From assembly GCA_963730785.1 (NCBI GenBank), contig CAVSTF010000016.1:165573-229572 (forward strand): a DNA stretch of 64,000 nucleotides. Reading direction: 5' to 3'. The translations under genes and the position numbers were made by a program. Of the stretch, positions 46,072 to 56,118 are shown piece by piece. Position 1 is the stretch's first letter, and each line of letters opens with the position of its first letter. The notes beneath the pieces are model-generated. The model was not told the DNA's origin. It was given only the letters and a program-made list of their open reading frames with translations, and did no database searches. The DNA comes from an uncultured Acidimicrobiaceae bacterium. GTDB lineage: Bacteria > Actinomycetota > Acidimicrobiia > Acidimicrobiales > RAAP-2.

Positions 46072-49000
46072 CCAGTCGGCGGAGGCGAACCTGCGCGCTG
46101 GCGGCCAGCTTCACGGGAGTGATGCGGGCGGTCGGCCCGGAGCCACCGGCACGGACCGAGCTCATGGTGATTTCCTGAATCCCCCGGGCCATGGCGGCGG
46201 TGCGCAGGCGGGCCAGGGCCAACAACCCGATGGCCGGCGTCGGGAGTGGCCCGTAGCGGTCGGCCCACTCGGTCCCGATGTCCTCCACGTCGGCGTCGGC
46301 GGTGACCGAAGCCAAGCGGCGGTAGGCCTCCAGCCGGGCGTCCTCGGCGGCCACGTAGTCCTTGGGCAAATGCGCATCCCCCGGCACATCGATGACCACC
46401 GACGGTGGCGTCGGACGGGCCTCGCCCCGGGCTTCGGCCACCGCCTCGGCCACCAGCTGCACGTACAGGTCGTACCCGACGGCGGCGATGTGGCCCGACT
46501 GGTCAGAGCCGAGCAGGTTGCCCGCCCCTCTGATTTCCAGGTCGCGCATGGCGATCTTGAAGCCCGAGCCGAGCTCAGTGTGCTCGCCAATGGTCCGCAG
46601 GCGTTCGTAGGACTGTTCCGACAGCACCCGGTCGGCCGGGTGGAACAGATAGGCGTAGGCCCGCTGGCCCCCTCGCCCCACCCGGCCCCGAATCTGGTGC
46701 AGCTGTCCCAGCCCCAAGAGGTCGGCCCGGTCGACCACCAAGGTGTTGACCGAGGGCATGTCGATGCCCGACTCAATAATGGTGGTGCAGACCAGGACGT
46801 CGTACTTGCGCTCCCAGAAGTCGAGCACCACCGTCTCCAGGCTGCCCTCGTCCATCTGCCCATGGGCGATGGCCACCCGGGCCTCGGGCACCAGGTCCCG
46901 CACGTCCCGGGCCACCTTCTCTATGTCGGACACCCGGTTGTGCACGTAGAAGGCCTGACCCTCGCGCAGCAGTTCCCGGCGAAGGGCCTCACTGATGGCG
47001 GCCGGGTCGTGTTCACCGACGTAGGTCAGGATGGGCCGCCGATCGGCCGGTGGCGTATTGACCATGGACAGATCACGGATGCCGGTCAGTGCCATTTCCA
47101 ACGTGCGTGGGATGGGGCTGGCCGTCAGCGTCAGTACGTCCACCCCTTCGGCCATCTGCTTCATCGTCTCCTTGTGGGTGACGCCGAAGCGCTGCTCCTC
47201 GTCGACCACCAGCAGGCCGAGATTCTTGAATTTCACGTCCTGCCCCAGCAGCCGATGGGTGCCGATGACCACGTCGACCTTGCCGGCGGCCAAATCCTCA
47301 ATGACCTTCTTTTGCTGGGCCGCCGAGAGGAAGCGGCTCAGCAGCTCGACCCGCAACGGGTAGGGCGCGAAGCGGTCGGCCATCGTCTGGGCATGCTGGC
47401 TGGCCAGCAACGTGGTCGGGGCCAACATGGCGGCCTGCTTGCCGTCCTGCACGGCCTTGAAGAGCGCACGGACCGCCACCTCGGTCTTGCCGAAGCCCAC
47501 GTCGCCACAGACCAGGCGGTCCATGGGGCGCGGCTGTTCCATGTCGGCCTTGACGTCGGCGATGGCGCGCAGTTGATCGTCGGTCTCGACGAAGCCGAAT
47601 GAGCCCTCCATCTCGGCCTGCCACGGCGTATCGGGTCCGAAGGCGTATCCCTGGACGGTGAGTCGTTGGCGGTAGAGCTCGACCAGTTCCTGGGCCACCT
47701 CGCCGGCGGCCGAGCGTGCCTTGGCCCGGGTCCGCTGCCAGTCGGCGCCGCCCATCTTCGACAGGGTCGGGGTCTCGCCGCCGGTGTACCCGGTGATGGC
47801 TTCAATCTGGTCGACCGGAAGGTAGAGGCGATCGCTCCCTCGATACTGGAGGATCAGGTAGTCGCGGGTGGCGCCACCCATGGTGCGCGAGGTGACGCCT
47901 TCGAAGCGGGCCACGCCGTGCTGGCGGTGCACCACAAAACTTCCGATGGCCAGGTCGTCGAAGAACCCGTCGGTGGCCCGCGCCCGGGGTCGGGCCTTGC
48001 GGTGTGGGAGACGCCGACCGGACACGTCCGTCTCGGACAGGACCGCCACCTGGCAGTCCGGGAGCACGAAGCCATTGGTCAAGGTGGCCGTGACCACCAC
48101 CACGCCCGGTGTGGCCGGCGCTTCCGGGACGACGGGGGCATGCACGCCCTCCTCGGCCAGGACCCGAGAGAGGCGCGTGGCCCCGGGTTCGGTGGCGGCA
48201 CACAAGGTGACGGAGTACCCGTCACGCACCAGCTGCTGCACCTGCTCGGCCAGGCGGGCCGAGTCCCCCGCCACCGGGTTGAACCGGCGCACGGTCATGG
48301 CTTCAATCTGCGGCCCGTCGGGCACCGAGGGCAGCGACAGCACGCTGGCCGCCGAACGCTCCAGCAGGCGGTCGAACGGAAGATGGAGTCGAGGCGAGCC
48401 TTCACCCAGCCCGTCGTCCGCCCCCCAGGTAATGGCCAGGGCGTCGGCCAGCGCCGCTTCCTCTTCCAGCAACTGCACGGCCCGATCGCGGATCCGCCGG
48501 GGCTCGACCAGCACCACCTGGGCGGTGGCCGGCAGCAGGTCCGGCAGGAGTGTCTCGTCGGGCACCACGTAGGGCAGCCAGGACTCCATCCCGTCGAAGC
48601 TCATGCCCTCGGCCAGACGCTCCCACTGCGAGGATCCCCACGGATGCGTCGCGAGCAGCTTGGTGGCCGCCGAGCGCACGGCGTCGGAGCTCTGCAGTTC
48701 ACGGCACCCGAAGAGAAACACGGCATCGAGGTCGCCGGTCGACCGCTGGTCACTGATGGAGAACTCAGTCAGCCGGTCGACCTCATCACCCCACAGGTCG
48801 ATGCGCACCGGCACGTCCGAGGTGGAGGGGAAGACGTCGACGATGCCGCCGCGCACCGCCACCTCGCCGCGGTGTTCAATCTGGTGCTCGCGCCGGTAAC
48901 CCATGGCGACCAGTCGGATCAACAACTCGTCCACGTTGAGTTCCTGACCCGGCTGAATGACGACTGGTGCGGCGTCCTCACCCAGCGAGCCCAGGCGTTG

Positions 49001-49471
49001 CAGAAGGGCCCGGACGGGGGCGACCAGAATCCGTGGCGGCTTGGGGAGCCACGGATCATCCGGGTGCGTCATGCCCCACAAGAGGGCAAGGCGCCGACCC
49101 ATGGTTTCCACTTCGGGTGAGACCCGCTCGAAGGGCAACGTGTCCCAGGCCGGCAGCACTGCCACCGCGCCCTGCGCCGCGCCGATCACTCGTCCGACGT
49201 CGGTCGTGTCGGAGGCGGCCACCAGACAGGTCAGGTCATCGGCCAGCCGATCGGCGTCGACCCCGGTCGGGGTGACCACCACCAAGGGGGCGCGACTGGT
49301 GAAGTTGGCCAGGGCGGCAATGAGGATGGCGTGGGCCGGCTCGGTGGCCGCCAGCGTGCCGTCGGTGGCATCGATCAGCCGGGACAACGCCGGGTCGGAC
49401 CGGAGCAGCGCCGGCAGGGCCGATAGGGAGGGGTGAGCGGGCGTCGGCACTAGTCCTGCGAGTGACACCAC
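45944..49471 (-). CDS. mfd: transcription-repair coupling factor
   Basis: 1175 aa. UvrB-homology N-terminus, RecG-like SF2 helicase motifs (GDVGFGKTEVA, DEEQRFG, QIRGRVGRG) and TRG/CTD domains. Confidence 0.95.
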   Translation of the reverse strand: MVSLAGLVPTPAHPSLSALPALLRSDPALSRLIDATDGTLAATEPAHAILIAALANFTSRAPLVVVTPTGVDADRLADDLTCLVAASDTTDVGRVIGAAQGAVAVLPAWDTLPFERVSPEVETMGRRLALLWGMTHPDDPWLPKPPRILVAPVRALLQRLGSLGEDAAPVVIQPGQELNVDELLIRLVAMGYRREHQIEHRGEVAVRGGIVDVFPSTSDVPVRIDLWGDEVDRLTEFSISDQRSTGDLDAVFLFGCRELQSSDAVRSAATKLLATHPWGSSQWERLAEGMSFDGMESWLPYVVPDETLLPDLLPATAQVVLVEPRRIRDRAVQLLEEEAALADALAITWGADDGLGEGSPRLHLPFDRLLERSAASVLSLPSVPDGPQIEAMTVRRFNPVAGDSARLAEQVQQLVRDGYSVTLCAATEPGATRLSRVLAEEGVHAPVVPEAPATPGVVVVTATLTNGFVLPDCQVAVLSETDVSGRRLPHRKARPRARATDGFFDDLAIGSFVVHRQHGVARFEGVTSRTMGGATRDYLILQYRGSDRLYLPVDQIEAITGYTGGETPTLSKMGGADWQRTRAKARSAAGEVAQELVELYRQRLTVQGYAFGPDTPWQAEMEGSFGFVETDDQLRAIADVKADMEQPRPMDRLVCGDVGFGKTEVAVRALFKAVQDGKQAAMLAPTTLLASQHAQTMADRFAPYPLRVELLSRFLSAAQQKKVIEDLAAGKVDVVIGTHRLLGQDVKFKNLGLLVVDEEQRFGVTHKETMKQMAEGVDVLTLTASPIPRTLEMALTGIRDLSMVNTPPADRRPILTYVGEHDPAAISEALRRELLREGQAFYVHNRVSDIEKVARDVRDLVPEARVAIAHGQMDEGSLETVVLDFWERKYDVLVCTTIIESGIDMPSVNTLVVDRADLLGLGQLHQIRGRVGRGGQRAYAYLFHPADRVLSEQSYERLRTIGEHTELGSGFKIAMRDLEIRGAGNLLGSDQSGHIAAVGYDLYVQLVAEAVAEARGEARPTPPSVVIDVPGDAHLPKDYVAAEDARLEAYRRLASVTADADVEDIGTEWADRYGPLPTPAIGLLALARLRTAAMARGIQEITMSSVRAGGSGPTARITPVKLAASAQVRLRRLVTGATYREELDQLLVPLPKGTLAADALRELIEDLLPPAAEGN

Positions 49472-50058
49472 TGCGTGGCGGCATCGAAGCCGTCATCGAC
49501 AATGTGTTCCACCGTCTCGGCCGCTCGTTGCACCGCGATATCGAGCAATTCGCGTACGGCTTTGGGCGGTCGCTTCAACACGTAGCTGGCGCCGGCGCTG
49601 GCACTCGGCGGCTTACCGACCCCGATGCGCACCCGGGCGAAGTCGGTGGTGTGCAGATGGGACTGAATGGAGCGCAGGCCGTTGTGGCCGGCCAGACCGC
49701 CACCCTTCTTGACCCGCACCACTCCGGGCGGCAGGTCAAGCTCGTCGTGCACAATGAGAATGGCACCGGGCTCTTCAATCCCGAATCGGGTGGCCAGTCC
49801 CCGGACGGCCAGGCCCGACTCGTTCATGTACGTGGTCGGAATGGCCAGGGCCACCTTCTGCCCGCCCATCGTGGCCAGCGCCGCCCGGGCCATGATCCCT
49901 TTTTCGGCTTTCAGCGCGATGCCTGCCCGCGAGGCCACCAGCTCGATGGCGTCGGCGCCGACGTTGTGCAGGGTGCCTACGAACTCCGATCCCGGGTTAC
50001 CGAGACCAACCACGAGCAGATCCGCCGCCGTTCCCCGGCGTTCGGATCGCCCGAACAC
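49450..50058 (-). CDS. pth: peptidyl-tRNA hydrolase
   Basis: LLVVGLGNPGSEFVGTLHNVG...HNGLRS signature. Confidence 0.9.
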   Translation of the reverse strand: MFGRSERRGTAADLLVVGLGNPGSEFVGTLHNVGADAIELVASRAGIALKAEKGIMARAALATMGGQKVALAIPTTYMNESGLAVRGLATRFGIEEPGAILIVHDELDLPPGVVRVKKGGGLAGHNGLRSIQSHLHTTDFARVRIGVGKPPSASAGASYVLKRPPKAVRELLDIAVQRAAETVEHIVDDGFDAATQWCHSQD

Positions 50059-50070
50059 ATGGCGCAGTGC

Positions 50071-50706
50071 TTAACCCTCGTCGCTTGGTGCTTCGGCCAC
50101 AGCCGGTGCTTCGCTCTCGGCCCCCTCGGCGCTTTCCTCGAGCGTGACCACTCGCGGCGGCTGACCGATGACCACTGCGGTCTCGGGATCAGCGTCGGTG
50201 GTCACACCGGCCGGCAGGGTCAGGTCGGAAATACGCAGCTGCTCGCCGATGACCAGGTTGGTGATGTCCAACTCGACCGAGGTCGGGATGTCCGACGGGC
50301 GGGCGTTGATGGAGATGGTGAACATCTGCTGGTCGACCAGTCCGTCGCCGTGCTGCACTTCGAGGGCCTCACCGGTGAGGACGATGGCCACGTCGGCCGA
50401 GATGATCTCGTCGCGGCGCACGATCTGGAAGTCCACGTGGGTGACCGTCTGGGCAATGGGGTGACGCTGCATGTCACGGGCCAGGGTCAGGAAGGTGCCG
50501 CCGGTGGTCTCCAACGAAAGGAGCTGGTTGGCTCCGGCCTCGCCGTTGAGGGCGATGCGGAGCTCACGGCCGACGATGGCCACCGAGATCGGGTCGGTGC
50601 CGTGGCCGTAAATGACGCCGGGGATCTTGCCTTCGCGGCGCAGGCGCCGGGTGGCGCGCGAGCCAAGCTGGCGTCCAACTTCAGCGGTCAGGGTAACTTC
50701 GGCCAT
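50071..50706 (-). CDS. rplY: 50S ribosomal protein L25/general stress protein Ctc
   Basis: MAEVTLTAEVGRQLGSRATRRLRREGKIPGVIYGHG N-terminus and acidic C-terminal tail. Confidence 0.9.
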   Translation of the reverse strand: MAEVTLTAEVGRQLGSRATRRLRREGKIPGVIYGHGTDPISVAIVGRELRIALNGEAGANQLLSLETTGGTFLTLARDMQRHPIAQTVTHVDFQIVRRDEIISADVAIVLTGEALEVQHGDGLVDQQMFTISINARPSDIPTSVELDITNLVIGEQLRISDLTLPAGVTTDADPETAVVIGQPPRVVTLEESAEGAESEAPAVAEAPSDEG

Positions 50707-50969
50707 AACGGATCTCCTCAGGGGTGGTGCAGAACGGTGGTGCGCGCTCGACCCCAGGGGCCTCCGGCGAACGGCCTACCAGCGTAGCCGCCAAATCGGG
50801 CCGATCCAATCCGTCGCCTGCACTCAGTACTCTGGCCGCCGTCCTGATCCATTCGGATGCCCTGAGCAGGGAGTCAAGCCCGCCAAGGGGCCCAACGACA
50901 CCTGCACCATCGTCTATGGCCGGCCAACGCGCACCGTAGAGTTTCACGAACTCGAGAGGACAGGCGATC

Positions 50970-52409
50970 TTGACGGAATTTTTCACCGAACCTCCGGTGC
51001 GTGCCGTGCCGGCCGGTCGGCACGTCTCTGGCGGCACGGAACCCGACTCCGGTCCACCCTCAGCCTGGGTGTCGCTCCCGCCGCTCGGGGTCCCGATGAC
51101 CCGGGCCCTCAGGGTGATCGTGGCCGCGCAGATCATCGCCGTGATGGTGTTCGGCAGCATCACCATCATGAAGTACCCGCTGTGGTCCTTGGTCGACGAG
51201 GGGGCACATTTCGACAACATCGCCTATATCGCCAAGCATGGCTCATTCCCGGTGTTGGGCCACGCGCTGGCCACGCAGCAGGAACTGGCCATCGGCGAAG
51301 GGTTCAATCCCACGCACCACCCCACCATCGACCCGACGAAGCATGGCTTGGGGGGCTTGGACTACGAGGCGTTCCAGCCACCCCTGTACTACTACCTGGC
51401 CACGCCCGCCTTCTTCCTGAGCAACGACTACCACACCAAAGCGATCATGCTCCGGTTCTTCGGGCTGGGCCTGCTCCTGGTGGCCATTGCCCTACTGGCC
51501 CGGCTTTCGCGCCATGTCCTCAAGAAGCGATGGTTGCTCGGAATGGCCGGGGGCATGCTCATTTTCCTCATGCCCGGCGTCATGGTCCGGGCCGTCACCA
51601 TCTCTGACGTCAACCTGGCGGTGCCGATCGCCATCGCAACTGTGACCGAGCTCTGGATCGCCTGGGAGCGCCGCTCGTCCTATCGAGTCATCACCGCCGG
51701 CCTTCTCGTCGGATGCGGGGTACTGACGGACCTCTATCTGGCCGAGATGGTGCCCGTTTTCATTGTGGTGGCGGTCATCGCCATGGCGGGCAACAAGAGC
51801 CGGGCCCATCGCATTCGGTGTGTGGCCGGTGTCGCGCTTGCCGCTGCGGTCACGGTGCCCTGGTTCGTCTTCAACGAAATTCACTACAAAGCATTGACGG
51901 CCAGCAACCTGGCCAAGAAGGAGCAGTTGAGCACCGTCAATCCTCACCACCTCCATTTTGGATTGAGCGAAATCCCCGGGCTGACGGTCCAGACACTCTT
52001 CGCGCCGCTGATGCCCCAAGAGTGGCTGTCGTGGCTCTCCGGACACAACCTCTTGAATTACGGAGCCACGCTTTTCCAGGTCGGCATCGTGCCGGCCGCG
52101 GTTGTCCTGGCCATCGCACTTTGGCGTCGAACGCTGCAGTCCGGGTACTGGATCTTCGTCCTGCCCTGGCTCTGCAACATCGCCCTCTGCTGGTACATCG
52201 ATTACGGGCAACAGTGGCAGTCAGGCGCCATGGTGGCGCGCTACACCTACCCCACCCTGGTAATCCTCGGCCTGTTCACGGCCGCCGCCGCGTCGGTCTT
52301 CATCCGATCCAATCGAACGTGGCTCGTCACCCTCATCACCGGCACGGCGTTCCTGGTCGTGCTGTGGGGCCACCTCGTGCCGTCCATCCAAGGAACGCCA
52401 GTGGCCTGA
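50970..52409 (+). CDS. polytopic GT-C-like membrane protein (PMT/ArnT-like glycosyltransferase family 39/83 candidate)
   Basis: Multiple TM helices with an extracytoplasmic loop containing DEGAHFDN...EAFQPPLYYYL. Track start is TTG at 50970; the internal ATG (MTRALRVIV, ~51102) is a more likely start. Confidence 0.5.
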   Translation: MTEFFTEPPVRAVPAGRHVSGGTEPDSGPPSAWVSLPPLGVPMTRALRVIVAAQIIAVMVFGSITIMKYPLWSLVDEGAHFDNIAYIAKHGSFPVLGHALATQQELAIGEGFNPTHHPTIDPTKHGLGGLDYEAFQPPLYYYLATPAFFLSNDYHTKAIMLRFFGLGLLLVAIALLARLSRHVLKKRWLLGMAGGMLIFLMPGVMVRAVTISDVNLAVPIAIATVTELWIAWERRSSYRVITAGLLVGCGVLTDLYLAEMVPVFIVVAVIAMAGNKSRAHRIRCVAGVALAAAVTVPWFVFNEIHYKALTASNLAKKEQLSTVNPHHLHFGLSEIPGLTVQTLFAPLMPQEWLSWLSGHNLLNYGATLFQVGIVPAAVVLAIALWRRTLQSGYWIFVLPWLCNIALCWYIDYGQQWQSGAMVARYTYPTLVILGLFTAAAASVFIRSNRTWLVTLITGTAFLVVLWGHLVPSIQGTPVA

Positions 52410-52433
52410 AGAGGCCGGTCTGGCTCCGCTGAT

Positions 52434-53437
52434 TCAGGCGAGGTTGTCGCCGCCGAAGAGTTCCGAGACCGACGTGTCCTCGAAGACGGCGTCAATGGCG
52501 TCGGCGATGATCTTGGAGACCGACAAGATCTCGAGCTTGTCGAAGAAGCGGTCTTCGGCCACCGGCAGGGTGTCGGTCACCACCACCCGTGAGATGGGCG
52601 CCGCCTTCAGACGGTCGACGGCTGGGCCTGACAGCACCGCATGGGTGGCCATGACCGAGACTTCCGAGGCGCCGGCTTCGGACAGCAGCTCGGCGGCGGC
52701 GCAAATGGTGCCGGCCGTGTCGATCATGTCGTCAATGAGCACGCAGTGCCGACCCTCGACCTCACCGACCACGTGGCGGGCCTTGACTTCGTTGTAGGTC
52801 CCCCGGGGACCGCGTCTTGTGGATCAGGGCCAGATCGAAACCAAGATGCTGGCTGTACTTCTCCGCCACCTTCACCCGCCCGGCATCCGGCGCCACCACC
52901 ACGACGTCGCCCTTGAAGTTCTCGCGCATGTAGGCCTCGAGCACCGGCGCGGCCACCAGGTGGTCGAACGGGGTGTTGAAGAAACCTTGGATCTGGCCCG
53001 AGTGCAGGTCGACACTGACCACCCGATCGGCGCCGGCCGACGTCAGCATGTCGGCCACCAACTTGGCCGTGATCGGCTCGCGGCCGGTGGACTTCCGGTC
53101 CTGGCGTGAGTAGCCGTAGTACGGGCAGACGGCCGTGATGCGCTTGGCCGAGGCCCGCTTGGCGGCGTCGATCATGATGAGGTGCTCCATCAACGAGTCG
53201 TTGACCGGGCTGGAGTGCGTCTGGATGATGAAGACGTCGCAGCCTCTGATGGAGATGTCGTACTTGCAGTAGATCTCGCCGTTGGCGAATTCCCGCAGGT
53301 TGGCCTCGACCCAATTCGACACCAAGGTGGCCCGCGATGTCCTGCGCCAATTTTGGATGTGAACGGCCCGGAGATACAGCTCGAGCCGACGCCGCGGGAT
53401 GAGCTCCACATTCTGTCACGCTATCGCCCACGAGCAA
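52434..53437 (-). pseudogene. prs: ribose-phosphate pyrophosphokinase (PRPP synthetase) carrying at least two frameshifts
   Basis: Three frames carry consecutive parts of Prs: SGRSHPKLAQDIAGHLGVELG, then FANGEIY...DLHSGQIQGFF...ALIHKTR, then VGEVEGRHCVLIDDMIDTAGT...GGDNLA. The 3' shift is a 1-nt insertion in a C5 run at 52799-52803. Confidence 0.85.
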
Positions 53438-53439
53438 CG

Positions 53440-54562
53440 GCGTTTCCTGGGCCAGCTACGCCTCGCCGGCGTCGACCACGCTGTTCGGGGCGGATCACGG
53501 CACCGGGCGCCACTTCCGCCCCGGCCCGCAGCACCGAATAGGGACCGATCCTGGCGCCGTCGCCCACCGTGCTGCGGTCGCAGGTGCTCTCGGTCACCGT
53601 GGCGTGCTGGCCCACCGTGGTGTCGGTCAGCATGCAGTTGGGACCGATCTCACTGCCCTCGCCAATGACGCACTGCCCGCGCAGGATCACGCCGGGCAGC
53701 AGCGAGACATCGGCCGCCAGTTGCACCTCGGCATCGACATAGGTCCGCTCCGGGTCCCACATGGTCACCCCTCGGCGCATCCAGCGCTCGTTGATGCGGT
53801 CACGCAATTCGGCCTCGGCCACCGCCAACTGGGCCCGGTCGTTCACCCCGGCCGCCTCCATCGGGTCCGGGCAGCACCATGGACTGCACCCGGTAGCCGG
53901 CGTTGTGCAGCACGCTCACCGCATCGGTCAGGTAGTACTCGCCCTGCGCGTTGGCCGGCGTCAAGCGGCGCAGCGCCGGCGCCAGGATGCTGCGCCGGAA
54001 GCAGTAAATGGAGGTGTTGACCTCGGTGATGTCCCGCTCGTCGTCGGTGGCATCGACTTCTTCGACCACCCGGGTCACCGACGCCGTCCTTGCCGTGCAC
54101 CACCCGGCCGTAGCCTCGGGGATCCTCGACCTCGGCACTGAGCAACGTCGCCCCGGCGTTCTCGGCCCGGTGGTAGCGCACCAGCGCGGCCAGGGTGGCC
54201 GGTCGCAGCAGCGGCGTGTCGCCCGGGAGCACGACCACGTCCTCATCTTCGTCGTCGTCGTAATCGGGCAACCCGGTCAGCCCGACCGCCAGGGCGTCGC
54301 CGGTACCCGACTGGGTCTCCTGTTCGACGAACTCAATGCGGATGGAGTCCGGTGCGTGCTGCACCAGCGTTTTGGTCACCCAATCGGCCCGATGCCCGAC
54401 CACCACGACGACCCGGGTGACGTCGATTTCCGCCATGGCATCGAGCACGTGCAGGACCATGGGGCGCCCGCAGAGCAGGTGGAGGGGCTTGGGCCGCTCC
54501 GATCGCATGCGGGTGCCTTCGCCTGCGGCCAGGATCACTGCAGAAAGCCGTCGATGCGCCAT
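53440..54562 (-). pseudogene. glmU: bifunctional GlcNAc-1-P uridyltransferase/GlcN-1-P acetyltransferase, at least three frameshifts and an apparently missing C-terminal ~100 aa
   Basis: MAHRRLSAVILAAGEGTRM...(frame 1) / EVNTSIYCF...AQGEYYLTDAV (frame 2) / LbH hexapeptide repeats ...GARIGPYSVLRAGAEVAPGAV (frame 3). The LbH domain stops ~330 nt short of normal length where prs begins. Confidence 0.8.
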
Positions 54563-54597
54563 CGCGTCATTCTTAATACCCCTGAACGGCCTCATGC

Positions 54598-55527
54598 GTG
54601 CATGGCCCGATACTGTGCACCTGCGTGACGCCCTACGACGAGTTCGGGCTCTTCCATGAGAACGCCGCCGAGTACGGGCTCCCGTACCCGGACCGCCCGA
54701 TGTCCAGCGGGTCGACATCGAGGTCTCGCCCGGCCGGAAGGTCAGTTCAGCCTGGTCTGGGGCACCACCGATCCCGAGCTGGTGCTGGTCCACGGCGGCG
54801 CGCAGAACGCCCACACCTGGGACACCGTGGCGCTGGCGCTGGGCCGTCCGCTGATCGCCATCGACCTGCCCGGTCACGGGCACTCCGACGGTGGCCCCGG
54901 GGGATCGCTCTCGGTGCGCACCAACGGCGAGGACCTGGCGGCGGTCATCCGCCAACTGGCTCCCAACGCCGTCGGCGTGGTCGGCATGTCACTCGGCGGC
55001 CTCTCCTCCATTGCGCTCACGGCGGCCGCTCCCGACCTCGTACGCGTCCCTCGCCCTCATAGATGTGACGCCAGGCATCTCCAAGGAAGCCGCCTCCCCC
55101 ATCACCAACTTCATCAACGGCCCCGAGAGCTTCCCCAACTTCGACGAGCTGCTTGGCCCGCACCATGGAGCACAATCCCGTCACGCAGCGAGTCGTCGCT
55201 CCGACGCGGCATCCTGCACAACGCCCTGCAGCGCGAGGACGGCAGCTGGGTCTGGCGTTACGCCCGCTTCCGTAGCGCCGAGACCGCCACCCCACCGGAC
55301 TTCGGCAGCCTGTGGGATGACGTGTCCGACATCAAGGTGCCGCTCCTGCTCGTCCGTGGCCTGGCCTGGTCGGTGGTCGAGGACGGCGAATCTCGAAGAG
55401 CTGCTACCGGCGCCAACCCAACGCCAAGGTGATCGGGGTGGAGGGCGCCGGCCACAGCATTCAGGGCGATAAGCCGCTCGAACTGGCCGACATCCTCGAA
55501 GACTTCTTCTTCGCCGGCAGGGAATAA
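54598..55527 (+). pseudogene. alpha/beta hydrolase split over three reading frames (at least five frameshifts)
   Basis: Segments YDEFGLFHENAAEYGLPYPD / DVQRVDIEVSPGRKV / FSLVWGTTDPELVLVHGG...GMSLGG / LALIDVTPGISKEAASPITNF / RRGILHNALQREDGSWVWRY...VPLLLVRG / KVIGVEGAGHSIQGDKPLELADILEDFFFAGRE* occur in alternating frames. Confidence 0.7.
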
Positions 55528-55921
55528 ATGGACGAAGGTCGCGGCCTCTGGTTCTCGCGGCGGGCCCTCACCCTGCACGCCATCATCATCGTGATCGTCC
55601 CGTCAGTTCGCCGCGCTCTGCATTTGGCAGATCACCCGGGCGCTCGATGGCAACAGCCTCAGTTGGGCCTACGTCTTCGAGTGGCCCTTCTTCGCCGGGT
55701 ACGCCGTCTACATGTGGTGGCGCTTCCTGCACGAGAAGCCGCCAGCCGGCGCCACCGCCACATCCACCGTCGCTTCCACCGCCAACGGCCCCGCCGTCAT
55801 GGCTACCGCCAATGACCGCACCTCGGCCGCGGCCGAGAATGATCCCGACGCCACCGACCGCCAGGCCTACAACGACTACCTGGCCCAACTGGCCGCTCAA
55901 GACAAGCCCAAAACATGGTGA
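55528..55921 (+). pseudogene. small membrane protein with one internal frameshift (~55600)
   Basis: MDEGRGLWFSRRALTLHAIIIVIVPS... continues in another frame as ...WAYVFEWPFFAGYAVYMWWRFLHEKPPAG...DKPKTW*. Confidence 0.45.
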
Positions 55922-55946
55922 CCATCACACGGGTGAGATGGCGGCG

Positions 55947-56019
55947 CTCCGGGGGGAGGGCTCGAACCTCCAACATCCGGCTCCAAAGGCCGACGTTCTG
56001 CCGATTGAACTACCCCGGA
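55947..56019 (-). tRNA. tRNA-Gln (anticodon UUG)
   Basis: Minus strand reads UCCGGGG-UA-GUUC(AAUCGGCA)GAAC-G-UCGGC(CUUUGGA)GCCGG-AUGUU-GGAGG(UUCGAGC)CCUCC-CCCCGGA-G. Cloverleaf is canonical, with U1-A72 and G73 as in bacterial tRNA-Gln. CCA is not encoded. Confidence 0.85.
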
Positions 56020-56028
56020 ATGGAACTG

Positions 56029-56044
56029 CCGCCCCCTCGCGGGG
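56029..56044. other. GC hairpin GCCCCC-TCGC-GGGGGC between tRNA-Gln and the response-regulator gene
   Basis: Perfect 6-bp inverted repeat. Could be a terminator/insulator for either divergent unit. Confidence 0.35.
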
Positions 56045-56118
56045 GCGTCCGAACGCTAGAGGTTAGAGGTACCGGGTGCAGTGGTCCGTCGAAGTCGTCT
56101 CGGAGAGGTTGATCGCTC

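Noticed and set aside
46370-49120. Long plus-strand ORFs (410 and 484 aa) antisense to mfd, and similar antisense ORFs at 41797-42681, 49462-50787, 50612-51607, 37526-38242, 36504-37724, 24364-25089, 12688-13392, 13133-13732, 9530-10135 and 4555-5379
   Set aside because: They are Arg/Gly/Pro/His-rich with no motifs. Each is fully contained in a well-supported gene on the other strand, the usual artefact of high GC content.
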